Shown in pieces: positions 22,580-34,401 of a stretch of DNA of 64,000 bases (within the stretch, counting starts at the first letter, position 1; each line of letters starts with the position of its first letter). The stretch is from Rebecca billardiae RCC1528 (taxonomy: Eukaryota; Protista; Haptophyta), in NCBI GenBank assembly GCA_965240325.2, contig OZ251225.1:2666001-2730000 (forward strand), written 5' to 3'. The notes under the pieces were generated by a model. That model made no database searches. It worked only from the letters and a program-made list of their open reading frames with translations, and was not told where the DNA came from. Made by a program: the position numbers and the translations under genes.

Positions 22580-24381
22580 TGTCAGGGAACGCGTCTTGAG
22601 GCATGACGGTCGAGGTCGCGTGACGAGCTTCGGCTCTTGTTTGCGGTGGTGAGCACAACGTGTTTTCGTGTGCTTGGGCTCATGTTTCGTTCATTTCAGA
22701 ATGGCGGGCCGTAGGTCCGCCCCTTGTAGTGCCCGGGAAAAAGATAAGAAAAAGGAAAGGAAAAAGAAAATCGCCTCTCCAAGAAAAGAAAATCGCTTCG
22801 CTCACTACCGGGCGCCCTCGCAGCTCCCACTGGGGACGCTCGGCCGAAAACCATCTGGCGCCTGGCGCGGAGCGCGTGGGCGGCGCGCGCCAAATCCAAC
22901 GCCGGCGCGGACATCGCGCGGGGATTCCCGAACGGTGTTTTCGCCCGAATCGCGATTGCTGCCCTCGTCGTCTCGCGTGCAGGTCGAACGAGGGCTAAAT
23001 CGACGCGTTTGGAGCGGTACGCTCGGAGCGTCGACACGATCGTGCGACCTGGGGCGATCCTCGCCGGACGTGCACGTCGAAAGCTCGCACCGGCCATAGC
23101 ATCAAGCGCTGCGCACGATGGCCGCCTCGCTCGATTCACCGTCGCGCGTCGGGCTCGGTGCGGAACGGCCCTCATCACGAGGCGTCTCGCGGGCGGGAAG
23201 CGCCATCGCACGGACGCAAGCTTTGGCGCGGCCTTGTGAACTCGATCGCCGGAGCGCACCGGACTCAGTCCTCGCTCGCGGTCCGGACTCCGGTCCCTCA
23301 GCCGAAGCCCACGTCCGGCCTGCATGGCGCATGGCGTCGACGGTGAGCAATGCGACGGAAGCGCAGCGCTAACGGCAAACGACGCGCAGCGGACGCACCT
23401 CCCGGGTCTGTCGCCGTGGCAGCAACCGCGTCATCGCGAGTTGGCGACCCTCGCCGCAGCGCGACACAGACAAGCCCGTGATGCCATCCGCAGAGAGATG
23501 AATCGTCGAGCATGCAACATCGCCGCGTCATCCTCGTCCATGGCGCAGGCGCTGCGGGACGAGGCGGAAGTCGTCACGCCGGTGACTGATGCGCTGCGAT
23601 TCGTGTGCCCGCGTGAGCAGCGCTTGCCTACTCTCGATCGCGAGTGGCACACGCTGTCGCTGTGCGCGCGCGCGCGCACAACCACAGCTCCTCGTGCCGC
23701 CGAGCACGCGGGTGCCAGACCTGTCGAAGATGCGAAGAGCGACGACCGCGTGAACGTCAACGCGCTCGTGCTCAGCGTGGCGGCCGTGTACGACGTCAAC
23801 GCGACCTGCGCCGAGCCCATCGTGCCTGGAGCGGACATCGGCAAGCATCCTCGCGACGACCGCTCTCGGCTGGCGGCAGGAGGACATGCACATGATCTAC
23901 TCTGGCGGCTTCGGCGGCGGCGAGGCGCTCGATTACGCCATCGCGGTCGAGATGCGGCACATACAGCGCGTACCCGCGCTCGCGCGGAGCAACGGGCTAC
24001 CCGTCCCGCCCCGCGTGCTGCACATTCCCTCGTGGGTGTGGGCGGCCTCGCGTCGCTGGTCCTTGCCGACTCGACTGTCCGTCACCCACGGCCACAAGCG
24101 AATGTGGAAAGAGTGAAAGACGCGAACCCGCAGAGGATACATTGCGACAGCACTGGCACGGCCCGCCGACCCCCCCGCCCGCCAGGGCACAGTTTTTTCT
24201 GGAATGCTTCGAGATGCCGCCGCAGCCATGCTGTCCTGCTGTATTTTAGGATGAGGTTCAGGTTGATTTTGGAGGATTTTGTGCGAGCGCCGCCGCAGCG
24301 GTCGCGCCGCCACTGTGTGACTGCGAGTAAAATGTTGGATTGGAAATTGGAAATCACTGTAGATTGGCGATTCCTTTGACA
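22580..24381 (-). repeat. 5' LTR, split into 22580-22702 and 24196-24381 by a 1493-bp insertion
   Basis: The two halves rejoin to give the 309-bp LTR exactly (CAGAAT|TTTCTGG). Confidence 0.92.
22702..24195 (+). mobile_element. Non-autonomous Helitron2/Helentron-like element
   Basis: Inserted in TTTT with no TSD. 5'-terminal GGCGGGCCGT, with its inverse ACGGCCCGCC at 24158-24167 (~27 bp from the 3' end). 5' hairpin GGCGGGCC-GTA-GGTCCGCC. The boundary is ambiguous by 1 bp within the T run. Confidence 0.75.
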
Positions 24382-24919
24382 ATATATATGTACTATATAC
24401 CAGTTGATGCTAGTACTGTCTGTCTGAGACTGATTAACGTCTCACTCACCGCGGCCCGGCACGCCCCGCGCCGCGCCGGGCCCGAGTGATGGCCGGACCG
24501 GGACTCGACGAAGATATAATACGGGCGGCTGAAGCTCTAATTTATTCTGCGCGCTTTAAATAAGACCCAGCACTTGGCACTGCCGCGGCGCGCGAGTATA
24601 CTGTCGTGTAGTAGTGTGTGACGATCTCGACTGTGTTGGAACTGTTCATGATGATTCATATCGTCAGTTATATATTAGTCATCTCGGCTCTCGCGGATCA
24701 CGTCATCGTAAACCGTCATCATCACTCACACTGGACTCTGTCTCTGCGGAGGGGCGATCACGTCAGCGCCGATATTATCATCGTCTAATTCATGTAGTAT
24801 ATATAGAGGCTGCGGTATCAACAAACTGTGCTCGCAGCGGGCTTGGCACTAGTGCTGATGACATGACGACAGTACTGAGTCGTCCGCCGGGTTGATTCGG
24901 TTCATGCCACGCATCAGTG

Positions 24920-26300
24920 TCAGCCGTGGAAGACGACTGCGATTTGGAACACGCCGACTGCCATGCCGAGCAACCCGCCGACCAGGATGAGGAGCCACTC
25001 GTCCTCCTGGAAGATCGGGTGCAGCACGCTCTCAAAGTCGCATGGCGGCATCGCTTTCAACCCCTGCACGAGGGTGGTCTCGAGGTCCAGCGCCTCTGTG
25101 AAATACGGTGCCATGCACTTGATCTGCACAGGCAGCTCGCGCACGTACAGCTCGGTCACCTGTGCGCGCCGCGGCCGCGCAGGGCGGCGGCGCACAGTGC
25201 GCGCATGAGGCATCGGCGCGAGCGCGAGCGCGTGCGCACAGCCCACGGCGCGGCGGCGCGCGCCGCGGCGCTGGCGCCCGTACCGTCGTCTTCAGCCGCT
25301 CGTACGCCTCGCCGCCCAGCGTGAGCGGCAGCAGCGGTCCGAGCGCGAGCGCGTAGTTGTCGAGCGTGCCGGAGATGTGGAAGTGCACGATCTGCACCGC
25401 CTTCTCCGAGGTGGGCGAGAGGAAGAGCTGGTTCAGGATCTGCTCGGAGCTCATGATCTCGCGCGCGACCGCCGTGCCGAACGCGTCGGACACCTCGGGC
25501 TGGTGGCTGAGGAAGAGGCCCTGCAGCACGATGCCGCACACGAACGGCATCGGCTCGACCGGCTCGAAGATCATCTTGAGCGCGATCCAGTTGGTCACGT
25601 ACCCGGAGAGGAAGCCGCAGGCGGGCAGGACGTACCACGCGTGCACGACGGCGAAGAAGAGGGCCTGCAGGATGCCCAGCAGGAAGCCGAAGAAGAAGCC
25701 CGAGTGCTCGATGAAGCGCAGCTCCTTCTCGCCCGCGCGCATGAAGACGGAGTTGAGCAGCTCCTTGTCCTTCACGAGGTGCGTCACGACCATGTCCTCG
25801 AGGTCGATGACGCGGTCGATGTTCTCGCGGATGTCGGCCATCACGGCGGCGATGAGCATCGGCGTGTCCTCCCGCACGCGGTCCACGACCTCCTCGCGCA
25901 CGTACACGGGCAGCGACGCCCAGACGTCGGGCGCGTACGTCATCGCCACCTCTGAGACGATCGTGTGCAGCACGCGGTCGATGACGGGCTCGAGCTCGAC
26001 AGCGACGCGCTCAGGCTCCACGCGGGAGAAGACCTCCCTCACGTCGATCAGTTGCGACGTGAGAAGCGTGATCGCCTTTCGTGCCATCTTCGCCGCCTTT
26101 GACGGGACAATACCCTGCCAGCCTAGGTGCCACGGTCCGACGCCGTACTTGATGAAGTACTTCTCGCCCCAGCCGACGTACTCGAGCGGGTAGAACGTCA
26201 TCTTGAGCGCGACCACATTCGTGCCCCATCCGATGAACGCGGCGCACACGGGTATGAACGCGAACTTCGCGAGCGTGAGCGCTTGGTCTTCGCTGATCAT
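24920..26300 (-). CDS. DUF445/UPF0754 (YheB-like) membrane protein, 2 exons (intron 25160-25283)
   Basis: IGWGTNVVALKMTFYP, WQGIVPSKA, GYVTNWIALKMIFEP and C-terminal FQEDEWLLILVGGLLG. A GT-AG intron restores the frame. Confidence 0.85.
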
Positions 26301-26807
26301 CGCGGCGCCAACGACAACGACGCGGCCATGCGTCGCCTGGCAGCAGTCTTTCGGAGTCCGCACCGGCGGAGTTTATTGAGTTTCATCAGTTTCTCGGTTC
26401 CACCGCGACGAATTCCGCCGGCTTTCGCGTCCGGCTCGGCTCCGGGCGGTTGACCACAGTGGCTTTTCCGCTGACGACCAGCACAGCGGACGAGCAGTGC
26501 ACGCCTGCTTTACTTCCGGCTGCTTGGGGTTGGCCGCCTGGTGGGCCGGGACGGGACCGGCCGGCACGGGTGGCCTTCGGTCGGCCCGGTCTACATTCCT
26601 ACGCTAGTCTGCATGTAGCATCGCATTACAGAAATGCACCCGCGTACGCACGTGCACACTCAGGCACGTGGAGGAAGACGTTCCGACCCGACCGCTTGAA
26701 CCGGCCGAGCCGACAGATTGATGTACGCGCCAGCAAAACTGAGAGCCCGCTCGTCCTGGGGTCCCCTCTCACCGGCGCGGCTGCTGTCACCACCCCAGGC
26801 GCCAGGC

Positions 26808-27254
<447 letters not shown>

Positions 27255-27830
27255 TCAGCGCCCCTGCATGAAGGCGCCGGGAAAAAGGGCACGGGTCGCC
27301 GGCGGGCCGGCGCGCGTGTCAGACGAAAGGTTTCGCGGCGCGAGATCGCTGCGACGGGGAGCGTGGCCAGTTGCCAACCACGCGCACGTGCCCCGCGGGG
27401 CGTCCGGCCGCCCCGCGCGCCACACGCAGCGCGCCGAATCACCTTGGGCGGTTCACAGGCGCAGGTCGAGCAGCAACAACGCTGCACTGGTGAAGGCGTG
27501 GGGGGTGGCACCGAGGCGGCAAGCGTTCTGACTCAGCAACTGACTCGGGCGCCCGGAATCTGCCCGAGTGCCCGAGCAGGACTTGTGGCGGCAACAGCTC
27601 TCACCTCTGACATGTCGGTTGACTCCACTGCCAGTCGGCCAGTCCTCACTCGAACAAAAAAACCCAAATGAAAAAGGCGATGAGCGGCTGTTCGCGAAAA
27701 TACGCGATGTTTTTCAATGATGACACATTTTCGACTTTCGTTGCGAGAACTCGCCCGCTTCCGACCGCGCCCTCTTGATCAGCAGGGCGGCGCGTGGACA
27801 CACACCCTCGCGGCCGTCGGCGGCCACGCC

Positions 27831-30499
27831 ATGGCTCCCATCCTCCGCCGGCTCGCTGCTGCCGACATCCCCGTGATCCGTCGCGATCCTGTCGACCCGC
27901 AGGCGCGCGATGTCGCCGGCCCGATCGTCGAGGCCGTCAAGGAGCGCGGCATGGCCGCCGTGCGCGAGTACGCTGAGAAGTTTGGAGAAGTCGCGCCCGG
28001 TGACGACCTGATCATCGGGCGCGAGCGCCTGGAGCAGGCGTGGAACTCGCTGGATACGCCCACTCAGAAGACCCTCGTGCGTACGGTCCACCGCGTCCGG
28101 CGCTTCGCGGTGAGTTGCCCCGCACCCGAAAGCGCGCGCGCGCGCGCGCGCCATGCGCGCTGCGCGCTGCGGTCTGCCGTAGCTCGCTCGGCCTGGCGCA
28201 CCGCCTGACCTGCTCCCCGCCGCCCGCGGCTCGCCCACCCCTCGGCCGGGGTGTCGCCCCATCGCGCGCGCTCGCTCGCGCGCGCGCAGCTCGTCCAGAA
28301 GCAGGCCATCACCGACGCGCAGCTCGACATCCCGGGCGGCTCGGCCGGGCACACCGTCGCCCCGGTGGAGAACGCCGGCTGCTACGCGCCGGGCGGGCGG
28401 TACCCGCTGCCGTCGTCGGTGATCATGACCGTCACGACGGCACGCGTGGCCGGCTGCAAGAACGTCTGGGCCGCGTCGCCGCGGCCGAACAGCGTCACCC
28501 TCGGCGCCGCGTACATTGCCGGCGCGGATGCGCTGCTCGCTGCCGGCGGCGCGCACGCGATCGCCGGCCTCGCGTATGGCTGCGGCTCGATCGGCCCGTC
28601 GGACTGCGTGGTCGGCCCAGGCAACCAGTACGTGGTGGCCGCCAAGTCGATGATCGCCGGGCGCGTCGCGATCGACATGCTCGCCGGCCCCTCCGAGTGC
28701 CTCATCATCGCCGACGACTCGGCCAGTCCCGCGGTGGTCGCCGCCGACCTGCTCGCGCAGGCAGAGCACGACCCTCAGGCGCTGCCCTCGCTCGTGAGCA
28801 CGAGCGAGGAGCTGATCGTCGAGGTGGACAAGGAGCTGGAGAAGCAGCTGAGCGTGCTCCCCACCGCCGAGATCGCGCGCGAGGCGTGCAAGAACGGCTA
28901 CGCCGTCCTCGTCAGCTCCGCCGCCGAGGCGGTCGAGATCTCGGACCGGCTCGCGCCCGAGCACCTCGAGGTGCACATGGCCAACTCCTCCGAGGTGGCC
29001 TCCAAGTGCCAGCACTACGGCGGGCTGTTCATCGGGCACACGGCGGCGGAGGTGCTCGGCGACTACGGCGCGGGGCCGAACCACACGCTCCCCACCGGCG
29101 GCACCGCGCGCTCCACGGGCGGCCTCAGCGTCTTCACCTTCCTGCGCGTGCGCACGTGGCTGAGCCTCGACCAGCCCAAGACGGCGGCCGGCCTCGTGCG
29201 CGACGCGCACACGCTCGCCAAGCTCGAGGGGCTGGAGGGGCACGCGGTGGCGGCGGCGCTCCGGCTGGACGCGGCGGACCGCGAGGCGATGCTCGGCACG
29301 GCGGCCGCGCGCTCGCTCAACGGCGACGTGCCCGACGTCGCGCACGACACGGGCATCGCGTCGCCGGTCGTGCGGCCGGTGCCGGGCAGCCTCAACGACA
29401 CGACGGGCAACATGCTGCTCGCGCTTCCGAAGAAGGGGCGGCTCGCCGAGATCTGCATGAAGTTCGTCGGCGCGGCGGGGCTGCAGTACCACAGGCTCGA
29501 CCGGCTCGACGTCGCGCCGTGCACCAACCTGCCCATCACCCTCGTCTTCCTCCCGGCGAAGGACATTGCCGCATTCGTCGGCATGGGCAACGTCGACGCC
29601 GGCATCACCGGCCAGGACATGGTCGCTGAGAACGGCTGCTCGGTGCAGACAGAGCTCGAGCTGGGCATCGGCAAGTGCTCGCTCGCGCTGCAGGTGCCCG
29701 AGGCGGACGCGGGCAAGTGCGCGGCGGACTACGCGGGCGGGCGCATCGCCACCTCCTTCCCCAACCTCACGCGCAAGTACTTCGATCCGCTCGATGCAGT
29801 GCAGAGTGCAGGCACGCGCGCCGCGAGCGCGCGCCGCGCCGCGCGAGCTGCGAGCGCCGCGGCGCGGGTGCGCGCGCCGCGTGCTGGGCGCGGCTCACGC
29901 GGGCGCCCGCCGACCCGTCCTGCCCCGATCGCCAGGCAAGAAGACGCAGATCATCGACATCTCGGGCTCCGTCGAGGCCGCCGTCGGCCTGGGCCTCGCG
30001 GACGCCGTCGTCGACCTCGTCGAGACCGGGACCACGATGCGCGCCGCCGGGCTCCGCGTCGGCGACGTGATCATGAAGACGCAGGCACGCCGCGCGGGCA
30101 CCTGCGCTCGGCGCCGAGGCCGCGGCGCGCGCGCCACGCGGGACGGGGGCTCACGCGTTCCGCCCCGCCCCGCGCCTCCGCGCGCAGGCCGTGCTCATTT
30201 CGAACCCGCACACGACGCACGCGAGCCTGGTCAAGAAGATCCGCCAGCGCTTTGAGGGATACCTCACCTCGTCTAAGTATTCGCTCATGTCCTACAACAT
30301 CCCTCGCTCGCTGCTCGCCAAGGCGGTGCTGATCACGCCGGGCAAGCGCTCGCCGACGGTGCAGGCGCTCGAGGAGGACACGTGGGTCGCCGTCTCGGTG
30401 ATGGTCGAGAACAAGGAGACCTCGGAGGTGATGGACCGGCTCAAGGAGCTCGGCGCGACAGACATTCTCCTCGTCAGCCTCTCCAACTGCCGCGCCTAA
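27831..30499 (+). CDS. hisD-hisG: Histidinol dehydrogenase - ATP phosphoribosyltransferase fusion, 4 exons (introns 28110-28289, ~29806/29812-29935, 30085-30187)
   Basis: HisD motifs [38 protein letters not shown] and [13 protein letters not shown] run in one exon into HisG motifs [16 protein letters not shown] and [20 protein letters not shown] and the long-form C-terminal domain ([14 protein letters not shown]) follow. Confidence 0.93.
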
Positions 30500-31393
30500 C
30501 TAGTTAGTGGCGCACGCCGCCTGCTGGTCAGTTCTCTAGCCCGCATCTGGCGTCGCGCGGTCCTGCCGAGCGTGGGTTCTACGTGCCGGCCGCCACCGAG
30601 GGTTGGGCTCACTCGTGGCTGCGCGCGCAGGCATCCACACCCCGGCGCGGTTCCGCCCCGGACCCTGACGCCTGGCAGCGCCCGCTCCGCCGCTCGGGCC
30701 ACGATCCACGGTGCCGCCGCGAATCACGTCACTGCCACACGAATAATGGCAGCACTCGGGTTTGGCAGCGCTGCCCATCGAATGGCCCATATTGGCAACA
30801 TTGGCCATCATGCTCCGAGACAGGCATGGGGACTGATGGGCCGCCCGTCGTTATATATAGTAACTTATTATTATTTATTAATAGTACTCGGACAGCGAGA
30901 TCGACTCGGTATGTACTAAGACTTAACTCTTAAGAGACAGAGTACGCCGTACGGACGGGCCGTAGTCACGCGTCCGCGGGCGCGCCAGCCGCTGAGCCGC
31001 GTGAAGCCTTGATGAACGTGATGAGTCCCGTGTGCCCGACCGGGCGACCGCGGCCGCCCGTGGGCGACTGGTCACTGACACTGGGCGTGTGGCCGTGCCC
31101 GTGACCGTGGCCGTGCCCGGAGGCGGGAGAGTGTCCGATCGGCGGGCGATCGCAACCGCGTGCCCGTGGCATCGAGCCAGCCCGTCGGAGCGGGCCGTGG
31201 CCGGTGCTAAGTCGGGCGTGAGCAGTGCCGCAGTCGTCGCAGCTTCATAGTGCCTGATGTGACGACTTGATGATGTGAATCGTGACTGACGAGGACAGAC
31301 TCAGAATCAGACCGCGTGCGAGACAGCCTGACGGTGACCGCGCTGCGATGTATGCCGCCAAGTCCAGCACGAGCGCTCCGATCGATCATGGCA

Positions 31394-32020
31394 TCAGGAA
31401 GCCGCGCTCGATACCGTCGCAACCTGCGGGCGGCTCGCCGCGTCGTCTGTGACGTACGAATACTCCACGATCGGGCGTCCAGGCTCTTTCATCTCCTTGA
31501 CGCCCTTCCCCAGGCCCAGCAGCACGATCAAGATGACTTTGAACGTGTTGATCACGTTTACCGCGTAGCACGGCGAGCAGTAGACGAGCGGAGCGCGCAT
31601 CGCACTCGCGTACTGCCTGGCGCGTTGGGTCATCTCCTCTTGCTCCTCGGCTGGCAGCGTCACGAAAATGTCGTACTTCACGCCGACGAGGAGAGGGATC
31701 GCGCTCTTGTTGTGGGATCTCGCTTTCGTGTACCACGTGCGAATGCTGTCGAGCGTGCTGCGGCGGCTCAGATCGAACACAAAGAGGATCACGGCAGCAT
31801 CATTACAAACCATGGGGAGCATGCTGGCAAAGTCTGGATGCCCACCAATGTCCCATATAGAAAACGTGACCTCACGCCCGCGCAGATCGAGCGTCTTGTC
31901 CATGAAGTTGACACCGAGTGTCTGCAGGTAGTCATCGTCGTACAAGCCCTCCACGTACCGCGACATCAGCGATGTCTTGCCGACATGGCTGTCGCCGAGC
32001 ATTGCGATCTTGACGAGCAT
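31394..32020 (-). CDS. SPG1: Spg1/Tem1-family small GTPase
   Basis: GDSHVGKTSLM, QTLGVNFMDK, SIWDIGG, MLPMVCNDA..ILFVFDLSR and LVGVKYD. Confidence 0.92.
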   Translation of the reverse strand: MLVKIAMLGDSHVGKTSLMSRYVEGLYDDDYLQTLGVNFMDKTLDLRGREVTFSIWDIGGHPDFASMLPMVCNDAAVILFVFDLSRRSTLDSIRTWYTKARSHNKSAIPLLVGVKYDIFVTLPAEEQEEMTQRARQYASAMRAPLVYCSPCYAVNVINTFKVILIVLLGLGKGVKEMKEPGRPIVEYSYVTDDAASRPQVATVSSAAS

Positions 32021-33003
32021 GGCGGCGAACGCCGCTCGCGCCGGCAAAAGTGCGCTCGCGCTGTGCGAGCGCACCAAGGGCCGTTCACACCGCCCAGTTG
32101 CAGGTTCGCAGCAGGATGGCGGCGGCGCTGGGTCGCCTTCGTCACGCACACTGCACGGCGCACCCTTTTCTCAGGTTGATGGGCCAACCGAGGGCCAAGG
32201 TGGGGGAGAAAAAGAAAACGACTGAAAACTCCCGACGACGTTATCGTCAACTCATGATTGGCGCGCGCTGCCGCTGTGTCTCACTGTCTACCGGTCTGTG
32301 GAGGTCGACCACAACGTCGGACGGCATGAACTCAGGCCTCGCAGGCGGACGGCTGAATGAATCTTCCGACGGCGCTACCATCGGCGTTAAGTCTTATTCT
32401 TAGTAAACTGTAGGAGTGTAGCGCTGAGCGGCGGCTAGCGCCGTCGGCCGTGCCCCGGGGCCGGCCGCCGGGCCCCGTGCGCGGGCCGACCGGGGCCCCG
32501 TGGCAGTGTCAGCGCGGGTCCGCACGCGGTGCCGGTAGCCGATTCACTTCGCCGATGGGCCATGGCGATATACATATTCCGACATTGATTGTCGTCATTC
32601 GATCAGTATGACTCAGCCCGGTGCAGTATGTGCTAAGATAGAATGACTACGCTTAATTCAAACTCACTAGTCTGACAGAGTACTAGTCAAGGCTGTGAAA
32701 CTCACGGAGAAGCGGGAGAAGCCTCAGAAGGGCTCAGCAACCGAACTTAGACGACTCGCTCCATTCCAAACGGCCCTTAGTAGTACAGTGACCCTCCCCT
32801 GCGAGCGTGCGCATCGGATTACTTGACCGACTCTGCGCGTGCCGGCGTGGCGCAGTGCGCACGGCTCAACCTGATTCCTGAACCTCCGGCCATCCCCGAG
32901 CAGGATTCTGCGGAGCCCGGATGCCGGCGTCGCCCTCGCAGTCAGCCCCCGAAGCGCTAGACCTGGACCGATCTGGCGGAGTGGCCGCAGCACATGTTCT
33001 CGA

Positions 33004-33869
33004 CTAGCACATGGCGTCAAAGTCGAGGGCGACGCGCCGCCGCGACGAATCGAAGCGGCACATCTCAACGCCAGCCAGCTTGAGCATGCGCTTTGAGGCA
33101 GTCGTCATCTCACTGTCGTGGTAGCTGTCGGCGAAGAAAATGACACTGGCGATGCGCGCCTGGATGATGAGCTTGGCGCATTCGTTGCACGGGAAGAGCG
33201 TGACGTAGATCTTGCACCCCTGCGGCGCACGAGGCGGGCACACACACAGCAGGAGACCGCACGCTGCCCCCGAGTCAAGGGGGGGGGGGCGTGCCATCCG
33301 ACGGGCATTTGGCAGGTGTGCGCACGGCAGCGCACCTTGAGCGTGGTCGAGTTCGCGTTCATGATGGCGTTCAGCTCGGCGTGGCAGACGTAAGGGTACT
33401 TGGTCTCGAGCGCCGAGTCCCCCCGCTTGCCCCATGGCAGGTCGTCATCGGAGCATCCCCACGGGAAGCCGTTGTAGCCAATGCCGACAATCTTCTTGTC
33501 GGCGTTCACTACGCACGCGCCCACTTGGCGATTGGGGTCCTTCGAACGCTGGGCGGAGAGGAAGGCGACAGCCATGAAGTACTCGTCCCATGTCAGCGCC
33601 GACTCGCGCTTCGACGTGGCCACCGGGTTGCTGTTCAGCCGATCGTTGTTGACCGGTGTGCTGTCCTCGGGCGCGGGCTCCATTGCGCTCGGCCGGCGTT
33701 TTGCCGCCCGCGGCGGGGTGGACGAGGCGCGCAAGGCATCGCACGCCAGGCAAGCGCATGATGTCCTGCGCCGCCGAGCCAGGGCCCGCCGGCGGATCAC
33801 GTACGCGAGGCCCCCGAAGCCTGCGAGCGCTGCCGCCCCGAGCGCTGCGGCGCTGCGGCACGCTGCCAT
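33004..33869 (-). CDS. DCTD: dCMP deaminase with an N-terminal extension, 2 exons (intron 33220-33335)
   Basis: [30 protein letters not shown] and [10 protein letters not shown]. Confidence 0.95.
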
Positions 33870-34401
33870 CGGGCTCCGGCTCCGCCGAGCCCGAGGCGAT
33901 GACCGTTGGTCGACTCAAAATCCGTAAGTAGCGCGTTGTGTTCAGGCGTTCAGCCCGGGACGCTGGCGGCTCCGGAGCAGGCACGGCACGCGCGCCCTTG
34001 ACGGCACGTTGCTCTCTTCTATTCCTTTGTTGAGACCACCCTTGTGCAAAGGGCCTTATTTGATGAAGTAGGTTTGCGCACAGTGGTTCGTCCCGACCGC
34101 CTGTGAAATCTGAATGTCATCATCGAAAGTCGATCGGATCGACTAAACTCGTCTGCTCGTGCAGACTCACTAGACTGCTAAGACAGCAGAGATGGTGAAG
34201 ACAGAATACAGATCAGCCCGTGCTCGGCAGTCGTGATGACTGATGTCACTGATGGCCTTGGCGCCCTTGGCCCAACCAAACTACGTCGTTGGCCTGGCCG
34301 TGCTGCCGCCATGACCTGGGCGGTCAGCAGCCGCGGATCGTGTCTGTCAGTGTCACACAGTGAGTGACGCCGTGTCCGTGACTCGTGGTGTGCACACCCG
34401 T

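Larger units (their letters stand above)
1848..24381 (-). mobile_element. Gag-only (non-autonomous) LTR retrotransposon, Copia-like, carrying nested insertions
   Basis: Two LTRs TGTCAGGGAA...TTCCTTTGACA, a PPT next to the 1848-2156 LTR, a CCHC Gag ORF, and no RT/IN motifs. Flanks TTATA/ATATA are a near 5-bp TSD inside a TA tract. Confidence 0.88.

Noticed and set aside
23886-24116. ORF as a Helitron helicase or Fanzor remnant
   Set aside because: No convincing PIF1, HUH or RuvC motifs.
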